A DNA stretch of 64,000 nt, from contig NW_001865080.1 of assembly GCF_000002865.3 (NCBI RefSeq), forward strand, positions 185,716-249,715, written 5' to 3'. The DNA is from Monosiga brevicollis MX1 (lineage: Eukaryota). A model generated the notes under the pieces. It had not been told where the DNA came from, ran no database searches, and saw only the letters and a list, made by a program, of their open reading frames with translations. The position numbers and the translations under genes were made by a program. Of this stretch, positions 1-19,452 are shown in pieces; position 1 is the stretch's first letter; each line of letters begins with the position of its first letter.

Positions 1-3000
1 CTCACTGGCTGAAGGAGCCAACGCAATTTCGGGAACCGACAACTGCACGTCCACGCTGCAGAAGATTTCAGGGTGCGTTCGCATGGCGTCCAGGCTGGCC
101 TCGTAGTTGAGACGAACCATGTCCGTCAATGCCTCATAGAATTCGGATTCCCAGTGCTCGTAGTAGAGGACCAGGTTGGCCGCGCTCTCCTCACCCAGGC
201 TCACAGCAATCTTGGACAGGAGGGGACCAACCGCTTGATAGCGCGCCACAAGCCCCTCCTCAATTTCAGCACGGTACGACTCGGCGGTCGCAGCAAATTC
301 CATGACCTCGGGCACTTCCTCGTGCTCAAACGTCGGCAGAGTGCTGGCTGCCTCCAGCCGGGCATCGGCGACATTGACCGTGCCGGGAACTGGCGAGGAG
401 GAGGCAGCAACAGCCGCTGCTGCGTTGGTCATGCTCCGCTGGTCCGCGGCAACCCGCGCGCGCTCATCCATGATGACGCTGTACGGAGCAAAAAGCTTGG
501 CGTTGCGAATGTGCTCCACGTTGTATTGGATATCGGTTGCGATTTTCTATCATCATTTGGATAATATGTGAAAAAAAAAGGGGGGGGGGGGGTAAGCAAG
601 AAGGAATGAGATTGTGGCATGAGCTTGAAAGGTCAGATGGCCACGCGGGATAGAATGGAACAGGAACACAATGCCAATGATTCACACCTGAATGGGATTC
701 CAGACCGTCTCAAAGCGATCCATGGCGTCTTCGCAGCGACTCGCAAAGTCGGCCACGCCAAGCGAGGTCCAGTTGATGCGGGTCAGACCCGGGTAAATGC
801 AGATTGTCAACTGCTTCAAATGCAGCGCCAGCAGGCGCTCGCTGGCCGCATCCAGGCTGCTGAGGACGCCATGAAGGCGGTCAATGACCAGTTGCAGTTG
901 ATGCTGAAGTTGATGGTGTTTCTCATCTTGAAGAGTCAGATTGACGAGCTTCTCTGGCACTTGCAGCTCAAGAATGTCCAGGTACTTGGACTCGGCCATC
1001 AAGATGCGCAATTCGGGCAGGTAGTTGACTTTGAGGCGGGTATGACGATTGAACAGGGCGCTGGGATCTGGGATGACGTCGACGTTAGCGGCGAGCGCGG
1101 CTGCTCGGCTGCTGGCAGCACGCGCAGTGGAGGCGCTGGCCAGGGGCCCATTGCTGCCGGGCCCTGCAGTGAGCGTGAGAACGTTTTCTGCTAGCATGCG
1201 CGGCAAGCGCTCTTCAGCTCCGAGCGACCACTCTTTGTGGAGCGTGCGCTCGTAGCCATGAATATCGCGAGCAACCTCCAGGTATTGCGCGCTGACCAGA
1301 CGACCAGCCTCGGATTCCAGCAAGCTGGGACGCTCCTGGAACTTGATGATGGCCGACTTGATGCGCTCAAAGAGACTGCGCGCCCACTTGACCGAGCCCG
1401 CGACGGGCGGCATGTTGACGGCATGGGGCGGATCGGCCTTTTGCTCATAAAAGATGCGCTTGACCTCAGCCACTTCTTGCGCAAACTTTGCGAGAACATC
1501 CTCGTACTTGAGCTCAAGCTGGCGATTGATGGTCTCACGCGAGCGAATGTGCTGAAAGTTTTGCAGCATCTCAAAAGCCCCCTGTGCACTGCGCAGCGAG
1601 CGGAAGGACTCGTCGATAAACTGTACAGCCTGAGTTTCAATCTGAGCCACTTGTTCGTAGAAAGCGTCCATGCTTGCACCCCACTCGGTCGCATTATTCT
1701 GGGCAAGGCAAGGGAGATGAGGTGAGAAAAACAAAGACAGATTGCCCAAGCCTTGAGCAGCTCGTTGGAAGCGCGGAGATGTCTGACCTCGTCAAAAGGC
1801 TCAAACGGCAGTTCTGACACAAAGTTGACGAGTTTTTGCACACGCTTGACTACGTCTTGAATGACCTGAAAATCCGCGATGCATGAGGACAAGCGCCCAG
1901 CAGAGATTGGAGTACGACGAGCCCATTGATCACGCACGGCAGACCACGGTGCGAGTTATGCTACGAAGACGAACCTGCGGATTACCCGTCACCTTCTTGA
2001 GCTCGTTGCCAAAGATGTTCAAGAATTCCTGTGTGATACCAGCCACCTGACGGAGGTCGTTGAGCACTCTAATCAGGTAGGTTGTACGACGGAAGAGACG
2101 CTGGCGATCAAACTCCCAACGCGCATCACGCCCGTTCTGCTCGATGGTTTCGCGTGTGGCCAGGTAACTGGATTCCCAACCCTGCAACAGCGCCACAGCC
2201 TGTTCACAGAGCTCGATGGCAGTTGCCAGCTCCTTTTTGAGGACGGTGCGTGGGACAACGCTGCGCTTGACGCGTTGGCAGAGCAGCCAAGCGATGCGTT
2301 CCATCAGTGCTACCATGCGCTCATCCGTGTTGAAGTGGCGGGAGATGACCCAGACCATGCGGAGCGCATTCATCAGCGCTGGCAGATGCTCGGTCACTTG
2401 CGGCAGGCTTGGACATTGCGCGAGGTGGCGAAAGTGCCGCTCCAAGGTCGTTAAGAAGCGAACATTGTCCTTGGCCTCAGCCCGCTGCTTGTTCAGGTGG
2501 GACACGCTGAAGTTGTACTGCTCCAGCTCGGGAGCGTTGAGCTGCTTGAGCGTCTTGAGGGTATCCGAAACCTCAGCCACCTGCAATTGCTCGGTTAATG
2601 CAGTCAGGGAGGTACTACGCGAGACCCAGTAGTCAAGCTCAGCTTGGGGTCCGGGACCATCGCGATCCATGTGATTCACATCCTCGAGCAGGCGATCCAC
2701 GGCCTGGGTCCAGATGACGAGCTGGGCCGACAGGGCTGCTACAGCCTCGGGGTCGGGTCCGCTGGCACGGCGACACTGTGCGATGAGCTTGCGCACGGTG
2801 GGGGGCACATCAATGCGCACATGGCTTTCCAAATGCTGGACCGTGCGTTGCACGTGGTCTCGAAACTTGGTCATGCCAGCCAGAAAGTCGTCACCCATGG
2901 CATGGGAGAGCTCCAGTACATTGCCCGGTTGTCGGAGGGTTTGTAGTTGGGGATCGTTGGCATTGGCCAAACTCTCTGTCTTCTGCTGTGCCATCGTCAG

Positions 3001-3622
3001 GAGGGGAACGTAGAGAAGGCTGACCATTTTCTCGAGGCTTTTCAGAGAGCTCCCTTGCAGGCTGCCATACTCAATGCATTGTGAGAGGATGTCGTGTGCG
3101 GCTTCGGGCGACAGGTCGTCTTCCAAGGGCCGGGCCTTGTGTTTTAAAAAGTAGACCGTGGGAAAGGCAGCAGCCGACGCTGGGAGCGCGCCCACAGTGA
3201 TGGTGATGACCGTTTGTTCGTGGGGACTGGTCACCCCGTTATTCGCACTCTCATCTTCTAAAACGTCAATGAGTTGGGGTGAATCAGGATGGAACGGGAC
3301 GAAAAGGTGCAGGGGAGGGGGGCGCAAGATGATGGAGAAGGGATCGAAGGAGTGAGAGGGAGAATAGTCTACGGCTTGAGAGGCTCTTACCAACAGCAGC
3401 GGCGTCAACCAGCTTGATCTGTTTGCAGAAGGATAGCAACCCAGTTTTGGGGGCCTCAAGCCAGGCAATGACATCGTCAAAATCCTGTGCAGCTACGTCT
3501 GACTGATCCAGCAGCTCGGGCAGCTGATTGATGCCCAGCTTGAAGATGGTTGTCAGCCGATCAAGGAGCCAACGAATGCGCGCGTCATTGAGCACCTCTG
3601 CCTGATCGGCCGGCTCCGCCAT
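1..3622 (-). CDS. DNAH10: Axonemal dynein heavy chain, N-terminal (DHC_N1) region, DNAH10/inner-arm I1-alpha type; multi-exon, continues beyond window start
   Basis: ATG at 3622 (MAEPADQ...). ORFs 1930..3480 and 682..1749 contain AEAKDNVRFLTTLERHF, MNALRMVWVISRHFNTDERMVALMERIAW, RWEFDRQRLF and PPVAGSVKWARSL, which I recognise from DNAH10-type heavy chains. The frame after the ~550-687 intron stays open to base 1. Confidence 0.9.
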
Positions 3623-4703
3623 GGTGACGGCTACCGGTGTGGGTTGACTCGGTGACACCAGAGGTGGGGGGTCACGGTCGGTATACTGTGCACCTCAGAA
3701 ATAGAATGGGAGCGTCAATCAAAAATTCACGAGTGATGTGAACATGGATCGCGCCAGCGCAGGTGCCGGTCTGCTAGAGCGCCGAACAGACGCTAAGAAT
3801 TTAGTGCACAATCCGAGGCAAAATAATGTTGAGCCTCAGCGGTCACCTACATGCAAGAGCCACAGCAAGATGAGCTCGACCGCGAGCAAGCCGATGCTCA
3901 ATGATGAGAGCGACGGCTGGCTGACGAGTGAACCGCTACCCTGACCACCAACATCCCACAGAGACACGCGCGCCCGCGACAAAAGACCAGGACACGCTCC
4001 ATCAAACAACCCATGCTACTGCAGACCCTACCCAGGCCAGCCAAGCAAGCAAGCGCACCGAGATTTCAAGCAGGCGCGCGGAAGGGCGCGGCAAAACGGG
4101 AACAACCGATGACGACCTCGTGAGAGAGAGGGGAAGCGTTGAGCTCGGAAATGCTCGCCGTCGCACCGGTCGTCGGTTGTCAACCGGATCATGAAGAAAC
4201 ACGTCAAATGTATGTGTTGTACATTTTGATTTGATATCTTCACTGATTTCGCTCTTGTGAGTGTGCTGCGTTTGGCTGACAACTGTGTGGATTTTCGGGT
4301 AATTTTGCCATAGTTTTACAATAATTTTTTCGACTTTGAGGTTCAGCGCGGCGTACGTTTGGCTGCCCTCGACTTCTGGACTTCCATCGCCAGTTTGCTG
4401 GCGATGAATGACAACACCCGTGTGTTTGCTTGCACCTGTGAGCTCACTCCACTTGCCCCCTCGTTGTTGCTGATCCTTTTCTCTCTTTGCTTATCATGTA
4501 AATCAGAACTCAGGAACTTTGTTCCTCGGAAAGTGTCAAGGAGGGCTCGTGAAGAGAAACAACACGAAAGATGTCAGCAAGAAAGTTCAAAGAGCCAGAT
4601 GTGACACACGCTTTTGGTTCGTTGTGTCATGGCGGACTCAACGCGTTTGCTTTTTTTTAAAGCATGCACTTTCCTGGGTTTGGGTTGAGATCGGCAGCCA
4701 GAA

Positions 4704-10084
<5,381 letters not shown>

Positions 10085-10564
10085 GGCTCTCAAGAGCGAA
10101 GGGCTAAAAAGTTATGATATCCGTGTCTTCAGCATTGCTCGTGCTTACAGACAAGTGGACGTGTTCGTCCTGTTGCAACCCCACTGGTTTCTTGTTTTTA
10201 TCTCAAATGACAACAATCTTCACTCAACGGATTCTTGATTAGGACAGCACTTGTAAAGTACATGTAGTATCAAATCCCCAATTGAATGTTTAACTTATGT
10301 TGAGTACATCGGTGGGCAGCAAGGCCAGGCTTGAGTGTTTGCCCTTTTGTGACGCTTTGCATCAGCAATCACCTTCGAACTCCCCGTCAGAAGTGCGAGT
10401 CGAACGTTTCGTGAGCAAAATAGGAAAGAATTCGATTTTCATTGCAGTTTCGTCTTTGTAAATGGCGTGCAACATGCTTGAGCACAGGCTCTCGCCTTTC
10501 GGATTGGGCAACACTTTGCAAAGCACGGACCACCTCAGCTTTGAACCATCAAGACTTCTACCTG

Positions 10565-13500
10565 CTAAAAGCTTGCCATTTTGACCGTGGCAGGAGGCAC
10601 ACGAATGGTGGGGGCTGAGACTGTAGGGGAGTTGGTCATGGAACGGCCATTGGCAGGCGTCTCCACAGAGTCACTGGTAAAATGAGGCGGCACATCACGG
10701 GACTGAGATGGTTTGGGCAGCGGCGTGGCCGTACTGCTTTGGCTTTGTTTTTGACTCTGTGGTTGGCCACTGCTGCTGCTGTTGCGGCGGCTGCTGTTGC
10801 GGCGATCCTGTTCGTGGCTAACTTGCAAGCGCTGCCGAAGCGGAACAGGGAAGGAGTAAGCTAGCGAAAATAAAGGCGCGGGGTGCAAGTTGGGGTGTCC
10901 ACAAACCAGGTTGTAGATGACGGTGAGCAGGTAGAATGCCAGGGGCCCGACGATGAGCCCTTGGGTGCCAAAGGCATAGTAGCCAAGCACGACGGCGAAG
11001 ATGGTCAGCCCAGGGTTATGTGTTAATCCCTGCCGTCAAGGGTGGTTATGGAAGCGAAAGCATGTTGAGCAGCGCGCTCAATCAGCTGTTGTCTTTGCCC
11101 TTGCAATCAAAGCCAAGCTAGCAAGCGTACCCGGGCTTCCTCGAGCTGAAAAACGCGCGCATCCATGAAGGAATAGGCCAGGATGTGTGCAGCCAGGAGC
11201 AACAAGCCACGCAGGAGCGCAAAGTAATTGGTGCCCGCTACAAGAGGAGCATGGGCGAAACTGTCAGGGCCCTTTGTTCATGACTCTGAACGCAGCCCAG
11301 AGCCGGGTGTTAGATGGGAGTATAACTCACTGATGAGTGGCGGTACGCCGATGGCACACGCCCAGATTGCCGGCACAGCCAGTGGGTTGACAATGTACGT
11401 TAAGGAGAGGAAAAAGCTCAAGAAGGTGGCAAAGTAAGTGAAAGGGATGCCCAAGAGGCTATAGCTGGTTAGCGTGATCATGGCATGGACGGATGCCATG
11501 GCCAGGGGGATTTGAAACGAGGCCACAATGGCCTTTGTGGACATGCGGGCACCACAACCGCGTGAGTTGGATGGGCCACCACTGTCTGCCAAACGCGCCG
11601 GGTGGACAAGCACCAGAAGCAAGCAAGCGTGGTGGCATACCGCTTGGATTTGTCCCAAGATGCGGTCGCGGGAGCGTGGGCTAGCTGGGAGCATGACGCG
11701 CACCACGCTCTCGAGTGGGTCCTCCTCGGCCGAAGTCATCTCATAGAAGAAGATGAAGAACGCCACCAGCTGGGAGCTGTATGCACCAATTTTGAGGAGA
11801 AAGTTGCTGGCTGTCAAAGCAAACTATGCGGGGATGAATGTCGGCGAGGAAAACACGTGCCGTGTCATTTGACTGGTGGTGTTGGCTGTCAACGCGAGAA
11901 GATTTACCTGCAAGCCCAAGCCCACGGGGTCCTGGAGGGCGTTGATGACGGTCATGGCAGCTTCCTGCAGGATGGACATGTCCTTCCACAAAGACATGGT
12001 GCCGCCACTGCAGTGTGGAAGCGAGCACCAAACGAGAGCATGCCGTGGTACGAGTTGATATGCGTGCCTGGAGTATCAGATGAGGGCGAGGGCGCTGGGC
12101 CAGTGGCAAGTGTACCTGGCGGTGGCAGGCGCGGCGCTGCTGGTGACAATGCGATCAAAGAGGGGCCACCAGGTGGTGTTGTTGTAGAGTCCAGCCAAGA
12201 TGTCACGACTATCCATGACGGCTGCTGTCATGCTGGTATTGGTGCGGACGGCAGCTTCAAGGCGAGCAGCAGCGGGCCACCACTCTGTTTCGTTGAACTG
12301 CATTGCCACCTGTTCGTAGCCTTGCTCGATGTAATGGGAGATGGAGGCCAAGTCATTGTGCAGATTGCCTTCCTTGGCTGTTGGGCACAGTGGCATTCGG
12401 GGGCAGTTGAAGGGGGAAGAGGGTAGGGGAAGGGGAACATGAGGTTCGGGTGGGCTGAAGCCAAGGGTCATCGTGATGGCTCGGGGAGAAAACCAGAGTA
12501 GGGACAGACCGTCAATGTAGGTCTGGATCCAGTTGTAAGCGCCTTCGATGGCTCCGGCACCCTCCAACAGGCTCTGAACGCCGAGAAAGACGACGACAAA
12601 GACGAGAAGAAGAGAGACACCAATGTTCAGGATCAGTGTCACCATAGCATTATCGCTCAGACCCATGTAGTGGTGCAAACGCAGCAGCTGCACGTCTAGC
12701 AGGTAGCCCATCAGCACGACTGTGGGGCCAGGGCAGGGCAGCATTTGGCGTGTGAGGTCAAACCTGCAGCAGAAGTGAGTTGCTTGTACACCTGCCAAGG
12801 ACACATACAAATGGCGGCAAAAATGCCGAGAAGGGAAAGCAGGCCCACGTAGCCTGTGGTATGCACGATGGCGCTCATCTGTGCACATGACACAAGCAGA
12901 GGTGCGATTGAGGCGCGCAGAACATTGATGGCGATGATGGTGCTTGTGATGGCGGGTAGGGAGGCTTGCTGTGCAAGAGACAATCATCAGTGTATGGCGT
13001 GTCTAATTGGCTGGAACGAACCACCAGGAGCAGAGAGAACTGGAGAAAGCTTTGGGCCACCATGATACGGGCAATGTTGTGTGATTCACGCGCCGTCTGC
13101 ATCGCCTCGGTGCTCATGCTTTGCACTTTGATGAGCAAGCGCTCCCTAAGGCCAACCAAAGCATGTCATTTGACCATAGCAACAGACGGCAAAAGGAGCG
13201 GCGGGGAACTTCCAAGGACTTGACTGGTCTCGACCGAACCTCTTGGACGGAGCCACATCGTCTTGTCGCAGTTCGGCCAAAAAGCTCACCTGCGCTTGTC
13301 ATGGCCGTGGTCGGAGCAACAACAGGCATGAATGGCACAAACAGGAAGGATGCGTGCATGGTCTGGGGGCGGGGCTGAGCTCAGTGGCACGTACGATGCG
13401 CAGTTTGAGGGGACGGAGAGCTTGAGCCATGAGAAAGGACCAAAACACCACCTGTGTACCAAAGCTGTGAGTTGGAGTCGGGTGCTGGGGTCGGGCACAG

Positions 13501-13821
13501 CACGGCACCGCCCGCCAGAACCGGACCTGAAGATAGCTATGCCAGACCAAATAGTTGGTGTAGAGGAGATATGCCAAGAAGACGGAGAGGGCCGCTCCGA
13601 GCACCATGCTCAGGGCGATGGAGGAGGTGCGAATCGCTTCAGGCATGGCGGCGGTGAGCTGCGATTTATTTTTTTGGGACACCTCGTGAGAAAAGATTCT
13701 GGACACGGATGCAAACGGGGTGTGTGCGTAGGGCTCCACTGAGGCTGGGGCGATGGCTCGGGGGTGTACGAATCAATGGATCACGACAAGGTGGAACGAA
13801 ATGGGCTGGAGGTGTGGCCAT
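10565..13821 (-). CDS. TMEM245: TMEM245-like multi-pass membrane protein (AI-2E transporter-like); multi-exon, start approximate
   Basis: N-terminal VFWSFLMAQALRPLK and C-terminal LTIFAVVLGYYAFGTQGLIVGPL resemble conserved TMEM245 segments. Many hydrophobic exons lie in ORFs 13299..13739, 12076..12987, 11278..11817 and 10565..10990. Confidence 0.7.
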
Positions 13822-14109
13822 GGATACCAGGCCGGGGGACAGGGTGTTCTCAGCGGGAGGTGGCATGGGTGCATGTACGTACGAGCAGAGCCCACCAACG
13901 GCTTGATCGGTGTGCGACTCGAAAGCAGAGAGCTCTTGACAGTGGCAGGTCGACAAGCCCGTGGACCAGCCGTTGAAGATCCGCTTGACTCTGTATCTGC
14001 AAAGGCCCCTGCTACCAGGAACCCGGTCCGCCACCCGACACTGGAAGACCAACGCGCGAGCTTGAAACTGGACCACACACACTTCCGGTGCACGAGTGCA
14101 CATTGGCAA

Positions 14110-14397
14110 GAGAGAGGGAGAGAGAGAGAGAGAGTTTGAGAGAGAGAGAGAGAGTTTGAGAGAGAGAGTTTGAGAGAGAAAGAGTTGAGAGAGAAAGAGT
14201 TGAGAGAGAAAGAGTTGAGAGGGAGTTTGAGAGAGAGAGTTTGAGAGAGAGAGTGTGTGTTTGAGAGAGTTTGAGAGAGAGAGAGAGAGAGAGAGGGAGT
14301 GTGTTTGAGAGAGTTTGAGAGAGAGAGAGAGAGAGAGAGAGAGTGTGTGTGTGTGTTTTAGAGAGAGTTCAAGAGTTCAAGAGAGAGTTTGAGAGAG
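14110..14397. repeat. Compound (GA)n microsatellite interrupted by TTT/GTT and TG runs
   Basis: Directly visible GAGAGAGAGTTT-type units. Confidence 0.95.
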
Positions 14398-14746
14398 GCA
14401 AACAGTTTCAAGAATGACTTTTTCTCTCTCACTCAAAGCTCATAGCGCTCATATGAGAAGCTGTTCATTTATGAGAGAAGATGGCTACGGGGGTTGGGAT
14501 GAACAGGAGGCGGCACGGATGCGGGGAGAAGAGAGAGAGAGAGAGAGAAAGAGAGAAGGGCTGAGATGAAGGAAAAGAGGAGTTGGGGAGGCCGTGATGG
14601 CAGACGGAGCCAAAGAGGACGATGCGCGCGTGTGTACAGGACGGGCGGATTTGAATGAGCGCTCGGACAGGTGTGAGATGAGCGAGGGAGAGTGTTTTTT
14701 TTTTTACATGTTAATTCAGTTTCAGAAGAGATTTGGTCAAATGGTT

Positions 14747-15991
14747 CTACACACGCTCTGCTACGGCACAAAGGATGGGAAAGGGGCCAGTGTTGCCATG
14801 CCCGTGGCCGTGACCATGACCATGACCATGACCATGTCCATGGCCGTGGCTGTGGCCATGCTCATGACCGTGACCCTCTGACTCTGTCTTCTTGGCTTGG
14901 TCCATCATTTCTTTGGGGATGGTCATCATAAAGGATTTCTAGCCAAATGTGCAAAAAAAAAAAAAAGGGGGGGGGGGATTCACGCAAATAAGCAGGCAGC
15001 AAAAGCGCGGGATCATCAAGGCTTCCTTCAATAGGTCTTGTCCTCATCTCGGGACGCGCAACCCACCTCGGCGTGCACCACCTTGAGGTCGTGCGGGGCA
15101 AGCATCTCCGTCAGCAGGGCGCGGTCGTAGCCTGACGTGTGGTGGACGCCGGCCGCCTAAACAACAAGTGTCAAGAGGGTGACTGGCGGGATGCACGGCG
15201 CGCTCAAGTCACGGCCGAGTCTTGCGAGAAGCAACGTCAACGTACGGTGGTATCAAAGTCATCGTGAAAGTTGGATTGGTCTTCCATGCGCTCAAAGTCA
15301 AAAATGAAGAAGAGGCCACCGGGCTTTAGGCAGTGGCGCACAGCTGCCAAGAGCTCCTCCACCTTGGCCACATGGTGCAGAGTGAGGGAAATGACCACAA
15401 TGTCTCGCGAGGCTGGCTCAAGCTGCTCGGTGCGCTCAATGGCCTCGTTGAGCGTCTCGACGTTCGTGACACCCGCCTTGGCCTGTCGGCAAAATGTTCG
15501 ATGCATGTCATCACATTAGCACGAGCCGCAGTGAGGTGCGTGATAAAAAAAATCGTGTCCCATCTTCCCTCGCCTCTCTCCACAAAACAGACGTCGATGC
15601 CACAGAGTGCTTTCGGGCGGATCGTACCTGACGCTCCTTGAGCTTTGCGATCATGGCTGCAGACGGATCGGCAGCCAGAACGTCCTTGACCCGGGCAGCA
15701 AGCTCCAGCGAAAGCACGCCTGTCCCGTTATGACAATGATGACAAAAGAGGATGGGCAAGGAAAGGAGGACGCAGGGGGGCAGGGGTGACAAGCACATGT
15801 CGCTCACCAGCGCCGCAGCCCACTTCGAGGACGGAGAGCTGCTTCCAGTCGAGGCCCCGCTTGTTGATTTGGGTCTCCATTTCCTTGAGAGCGTTGAGGT
15901 TGCACTCGATGACGACGGGCATCTCACCCCAGCGTTCGGCAGCCTCGGCAAACCACTGCTCGCCATAGTTGGTCGGCTGTTCTTGCGCCAT
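14747..15991 (-). CDS. Class I SAM-dependent methyltransferase with a His-Gly repeat near the C-terminus; multi-exon
   Basis: MAQEQPTNYG start. Motif I VLEVGCGA(G); VLAADPSAAMI; DIVVISLTLHHV; LKPGGLFFIFDF. The last exon reads HGHEHGHSHGHGHG...FPILCAVAERV*. Confidence 0.85.
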
Positions 15992-16933
15992 GTTGCAGGT
16001 ATGCTCAGGGTTCAACTGAGGCAAAAACCCGTGTACGGGCAACCACAAGAGCAGGACCGAAAGCAAAAGAGATCGAGTGAGTCTGAACAAGAAGGCTGCC
16101 GCTCAAGTAGCGCGCGTGGTGTTGGTGTTCTGTCGTGATCAAGCGTTGATGTCCAACTCGGATCATGGATCTTGACTCGCGTGTGTGTGATTTCCCAGTT
16201 GCAAAAAAAAAAAAGTCACTCCCACCACCACTGGCCACCCACGATGCCGCGATGCGAGTGGAAGTGGTTTCCGATGTGTGTGCGCGTGCGTGTGTGTGTG
16301 TGTGTGTGGACAGCACGTCGGAGCCGGACACGCTTGGCAGGTCTTGGAAGCAGACCGCCGCAACGCAACGTTCGGGTCCGAAAAGGTCATGCGTGCACTG
16401 TGATGGGCCTAGACAAAGCCAGGTCCTCACGACAGCTGAGTGGGAGCCTCCTCCCCTTCCCCCAGAACAAGACCACCACCCCACACACGCTCTCAATGTT
16501 GTTTGAGGTTGGAGGTTGGCACCATGCCAGCACGTCCATCGATGACGGTGATTGACGTGCTGCTAGCTGGTCCCTCGACACCCACCTGGAGTCATCAGCA
16601 AAACAGCGCTCGATCCGTCTGCATAAACTCCATAAAAGTCGTCAGAAACTCAGTTTGTACCTGGTAACAAATCCTCAGCAAATTATCTTTTACCAACATA
16701 AACTGCAGGATACCAGCGCTGTAACAAAAGGCTTTGGGGAACAAGGCAAGGCTCCGCGGAGCTGATTCCTTCGGAGTTGCCCCACACTGCCCGGTCACAC
16801 GGCGAGTCCTGCTGTTATGGGACCAGGGCTAGGATGCAGCGTTTTCCTGTGTACGGTATGACCCTATGACTTCAATTGCTGATTGAGCCTACAAGGTGCC
16901 CGGGAAATCCCATGGCAATTGCCGATTCCCAAT

Positions 16934-18714
16934 TTACACGGCGCGATGGCTCTCGGGCCGCAGCTCCAAGGGCCACAGGGCCATGGCAAACATGCGTCGT
17001 TTGTCGCTTTGCAGTAAGTGCGGCAGCCACCACTGTAATTACCGCGCGCAAGTTATCGCGGCGTGAGGCAGCCGGTCACCAGGTCTGCGATATGCTTTCC
17101 ATCAGCTTGCTCGCCCTCGCCCTTAACGCTCAAGGTTGCACCTGGCACTTACCAGGTAAAAGTGGCGTCCCATGACGGCAGAGATGCGCGCATACGCCGA
17201 GGCATTTGCGCTAGAGCCCGGCGGTGGACGCGCTTGTCCGTGAAACAGCTGCCGACACGTTGTGTCCCGATCATTGGTCGCATCCTGCGGGGAGGGACCG
17301 ATGCACACAAGAGCGAGCAACCGCATGAGAGCAACAATAGAAAAAAAAGGTACTTGCACCCTGGCCCAAGACGCCCCTTGCCGACAAAAAGCGAAGGAGC
17401 CCGGCCAGGCGACTGAAAGCTTACCATTTGCTTCATGACAGCCAACGTGTTGGTTCCACGGTAGATCATGAGCGAGTGGACCGTCGACATGAATCCCGTG
17501 CCCATGGCCGTGAGCGTCATAAATACAATGTTCAAGGTGTGATAAAACAGTTCCAGGAAACCAAGCTCGCGATGCGCGCGCCTATCTCCCATCAGCACAC
17601 CATGACCATCAAAGAGGAAGGAGAAACAGACGGTTTGGATCATTGAGTGAGAAACCAGCAGCAAGTGTTGGCGAGCGGTCGTTGGGTTGGGCATCCACAT
17701 GCAAGCGTGGCACGAAAACGAGACAACGTACGCCACCCAAGACTGCACAAGAGGCACGTCCGATTCGAAAAAGAGGTGCCAGATAAAAGCCAGGTTTTGG
17801 CCCACCAAGCAAGTTAAAATGCCTGAATAGGCCATCACCAGCAAGCAGGTTGCCGTGCACGTGAAACTGTAGAGGCACACGTGATAAAAGTACTTGTAAT
17901 TGAACGCGTTGATGCTGGCAGCCAAGGATACAAGGTCAAACGTCGTGCGTGAGAATCAGCGGTTAGTGTGGCAACCTCACTCCCTTCCCCTGCAAATTCA
18001 TCAAGCTGAGCAGCCAGCTCAACCCAGGCGCCAGCAGTCAACTCACCACGTGCCCAGAAAACCACAGTGGTGGTCAAAGGTCAGGATGCAACCGCGACAA
18101 GCCCGGCAGTGGTGGCACCGGGGTGGCCGAGGTCGGTCGCACCGATCACAGCGCGTGAGGTGTGGCGGCGCACCCGGGCTATCAGGGGGCGGCAATTCGG
18201 ACAGCGGCCGGCCGTTATATAAGAGCTGATCCGGGCTTGGCAAGCGGGCTGGCTCGGTGAGATGGGCTCGCCAAATGGCAATTTGCTGCAAAAAGACAAA
18301 AAAGCTGGCCACCAGGCACCAATGATACCGCAGGACCAAGGTCTCATCACTCATGTCAATCAGGCGCTCATAGTGGAAGAGGTGCCATTGATAGTAAATC
18401 AAGCTCCAAGTGACGAGCGTGCAAATAACCGGGGGGATGAGCATTTGGCGCCGATCCATGCCATCGATCGAGCGCAGGTTGTTCATCGGGTTGTACCGGT
18501 CCCGCGCCGGTGCAGGCTTATCAGGTCCCAGTTGAGCTCGCGCATCAGTGGCCTTGCGGCCGTTGAAGCTGCTGTTGGCACCATCCTCGTCATATCGCTG
18601 GCTCACGGCGTCCATATGCCCCATGGGCATCGCGCTCTCTGCGTTCTCTGCCCCGCTGCTGTAGCCCTGCCGTGGCGGATAGAGCTGGCGTGGCGGATAA
18701 AGCTGCCGATCCAT
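16934..18714 (-). CDS. DHHC-type palmitoyltransferase (ZDHHC family); multi-exon
   Basis: CDRCDRPRPPRCHHCRACRGCILTFDHHCGFLGT spliced to INAFNYKYF; TM segments; C-terminal VMGRHFYL|WWLP (PaCCT-like); TAA at 16934-16936. Confidence 0.9.
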
Positions 18715-19025
18715 CTTGCCTCGGGTGTAGTGCAGACGGTGATCCTCCTCAAACCAGTCTTGTCGACCCTCGCGTTCGCCCGCCGCCGAGCTGACGATCC
18801 GCCCCCTTCCCCTAGAGGAGACGCTGGCTTTTGGCGTGTTCCGGTCAGTTCACCAGCACCCCACGCCCGCGGATACTTGAGGACTTGAAGCCCACAAATC
18901 CTTCGGCACTGACCACCTCTAGTACGTCCCTGCCGTGCTCATTTGCGTACCATTCGCTGCTGCAGCCGCTGCCCGGCCGTGAGCACGAGTACGAGCGCGC
19001 GCGCAAAAGAGAGAGAGAGAGCGAG

Positions 19026-19073
<48 letters not shown>

Positions 19074-19452
19074 TGCTCACGTGAGGGCGAGCAATGCATG
19101 CTTAACCCGTTAGACTTGATATGCGTAACCTTTGCCTGAGCCGGGCAAGCTTGGTGAAACCGGTTAAAATCGTCGTATCATCAGTTGTCAGATAATATGG
19201 TCGCACTGTGAGGACATTTCGATGCCTGGTGAGAAGTTGCTGATGAAGTGAGAGTTTATGAGTTATCATTAGCAGAAACAATGTAAGTTTTCGCAGATAA
19301 AATACTGGTTAATGTAGATAAGCAATGTTGATGTTTCCGGCTCACAAATTTGGGACAAGGAGCGATCTCGATCACGCTGGTCGTTGCTCTGATCACTGCC
19401 ATCTCGAGGGCGGGGGCCCTGTGCCTGCTTGTTGGCTGCACCATTGACGGCC

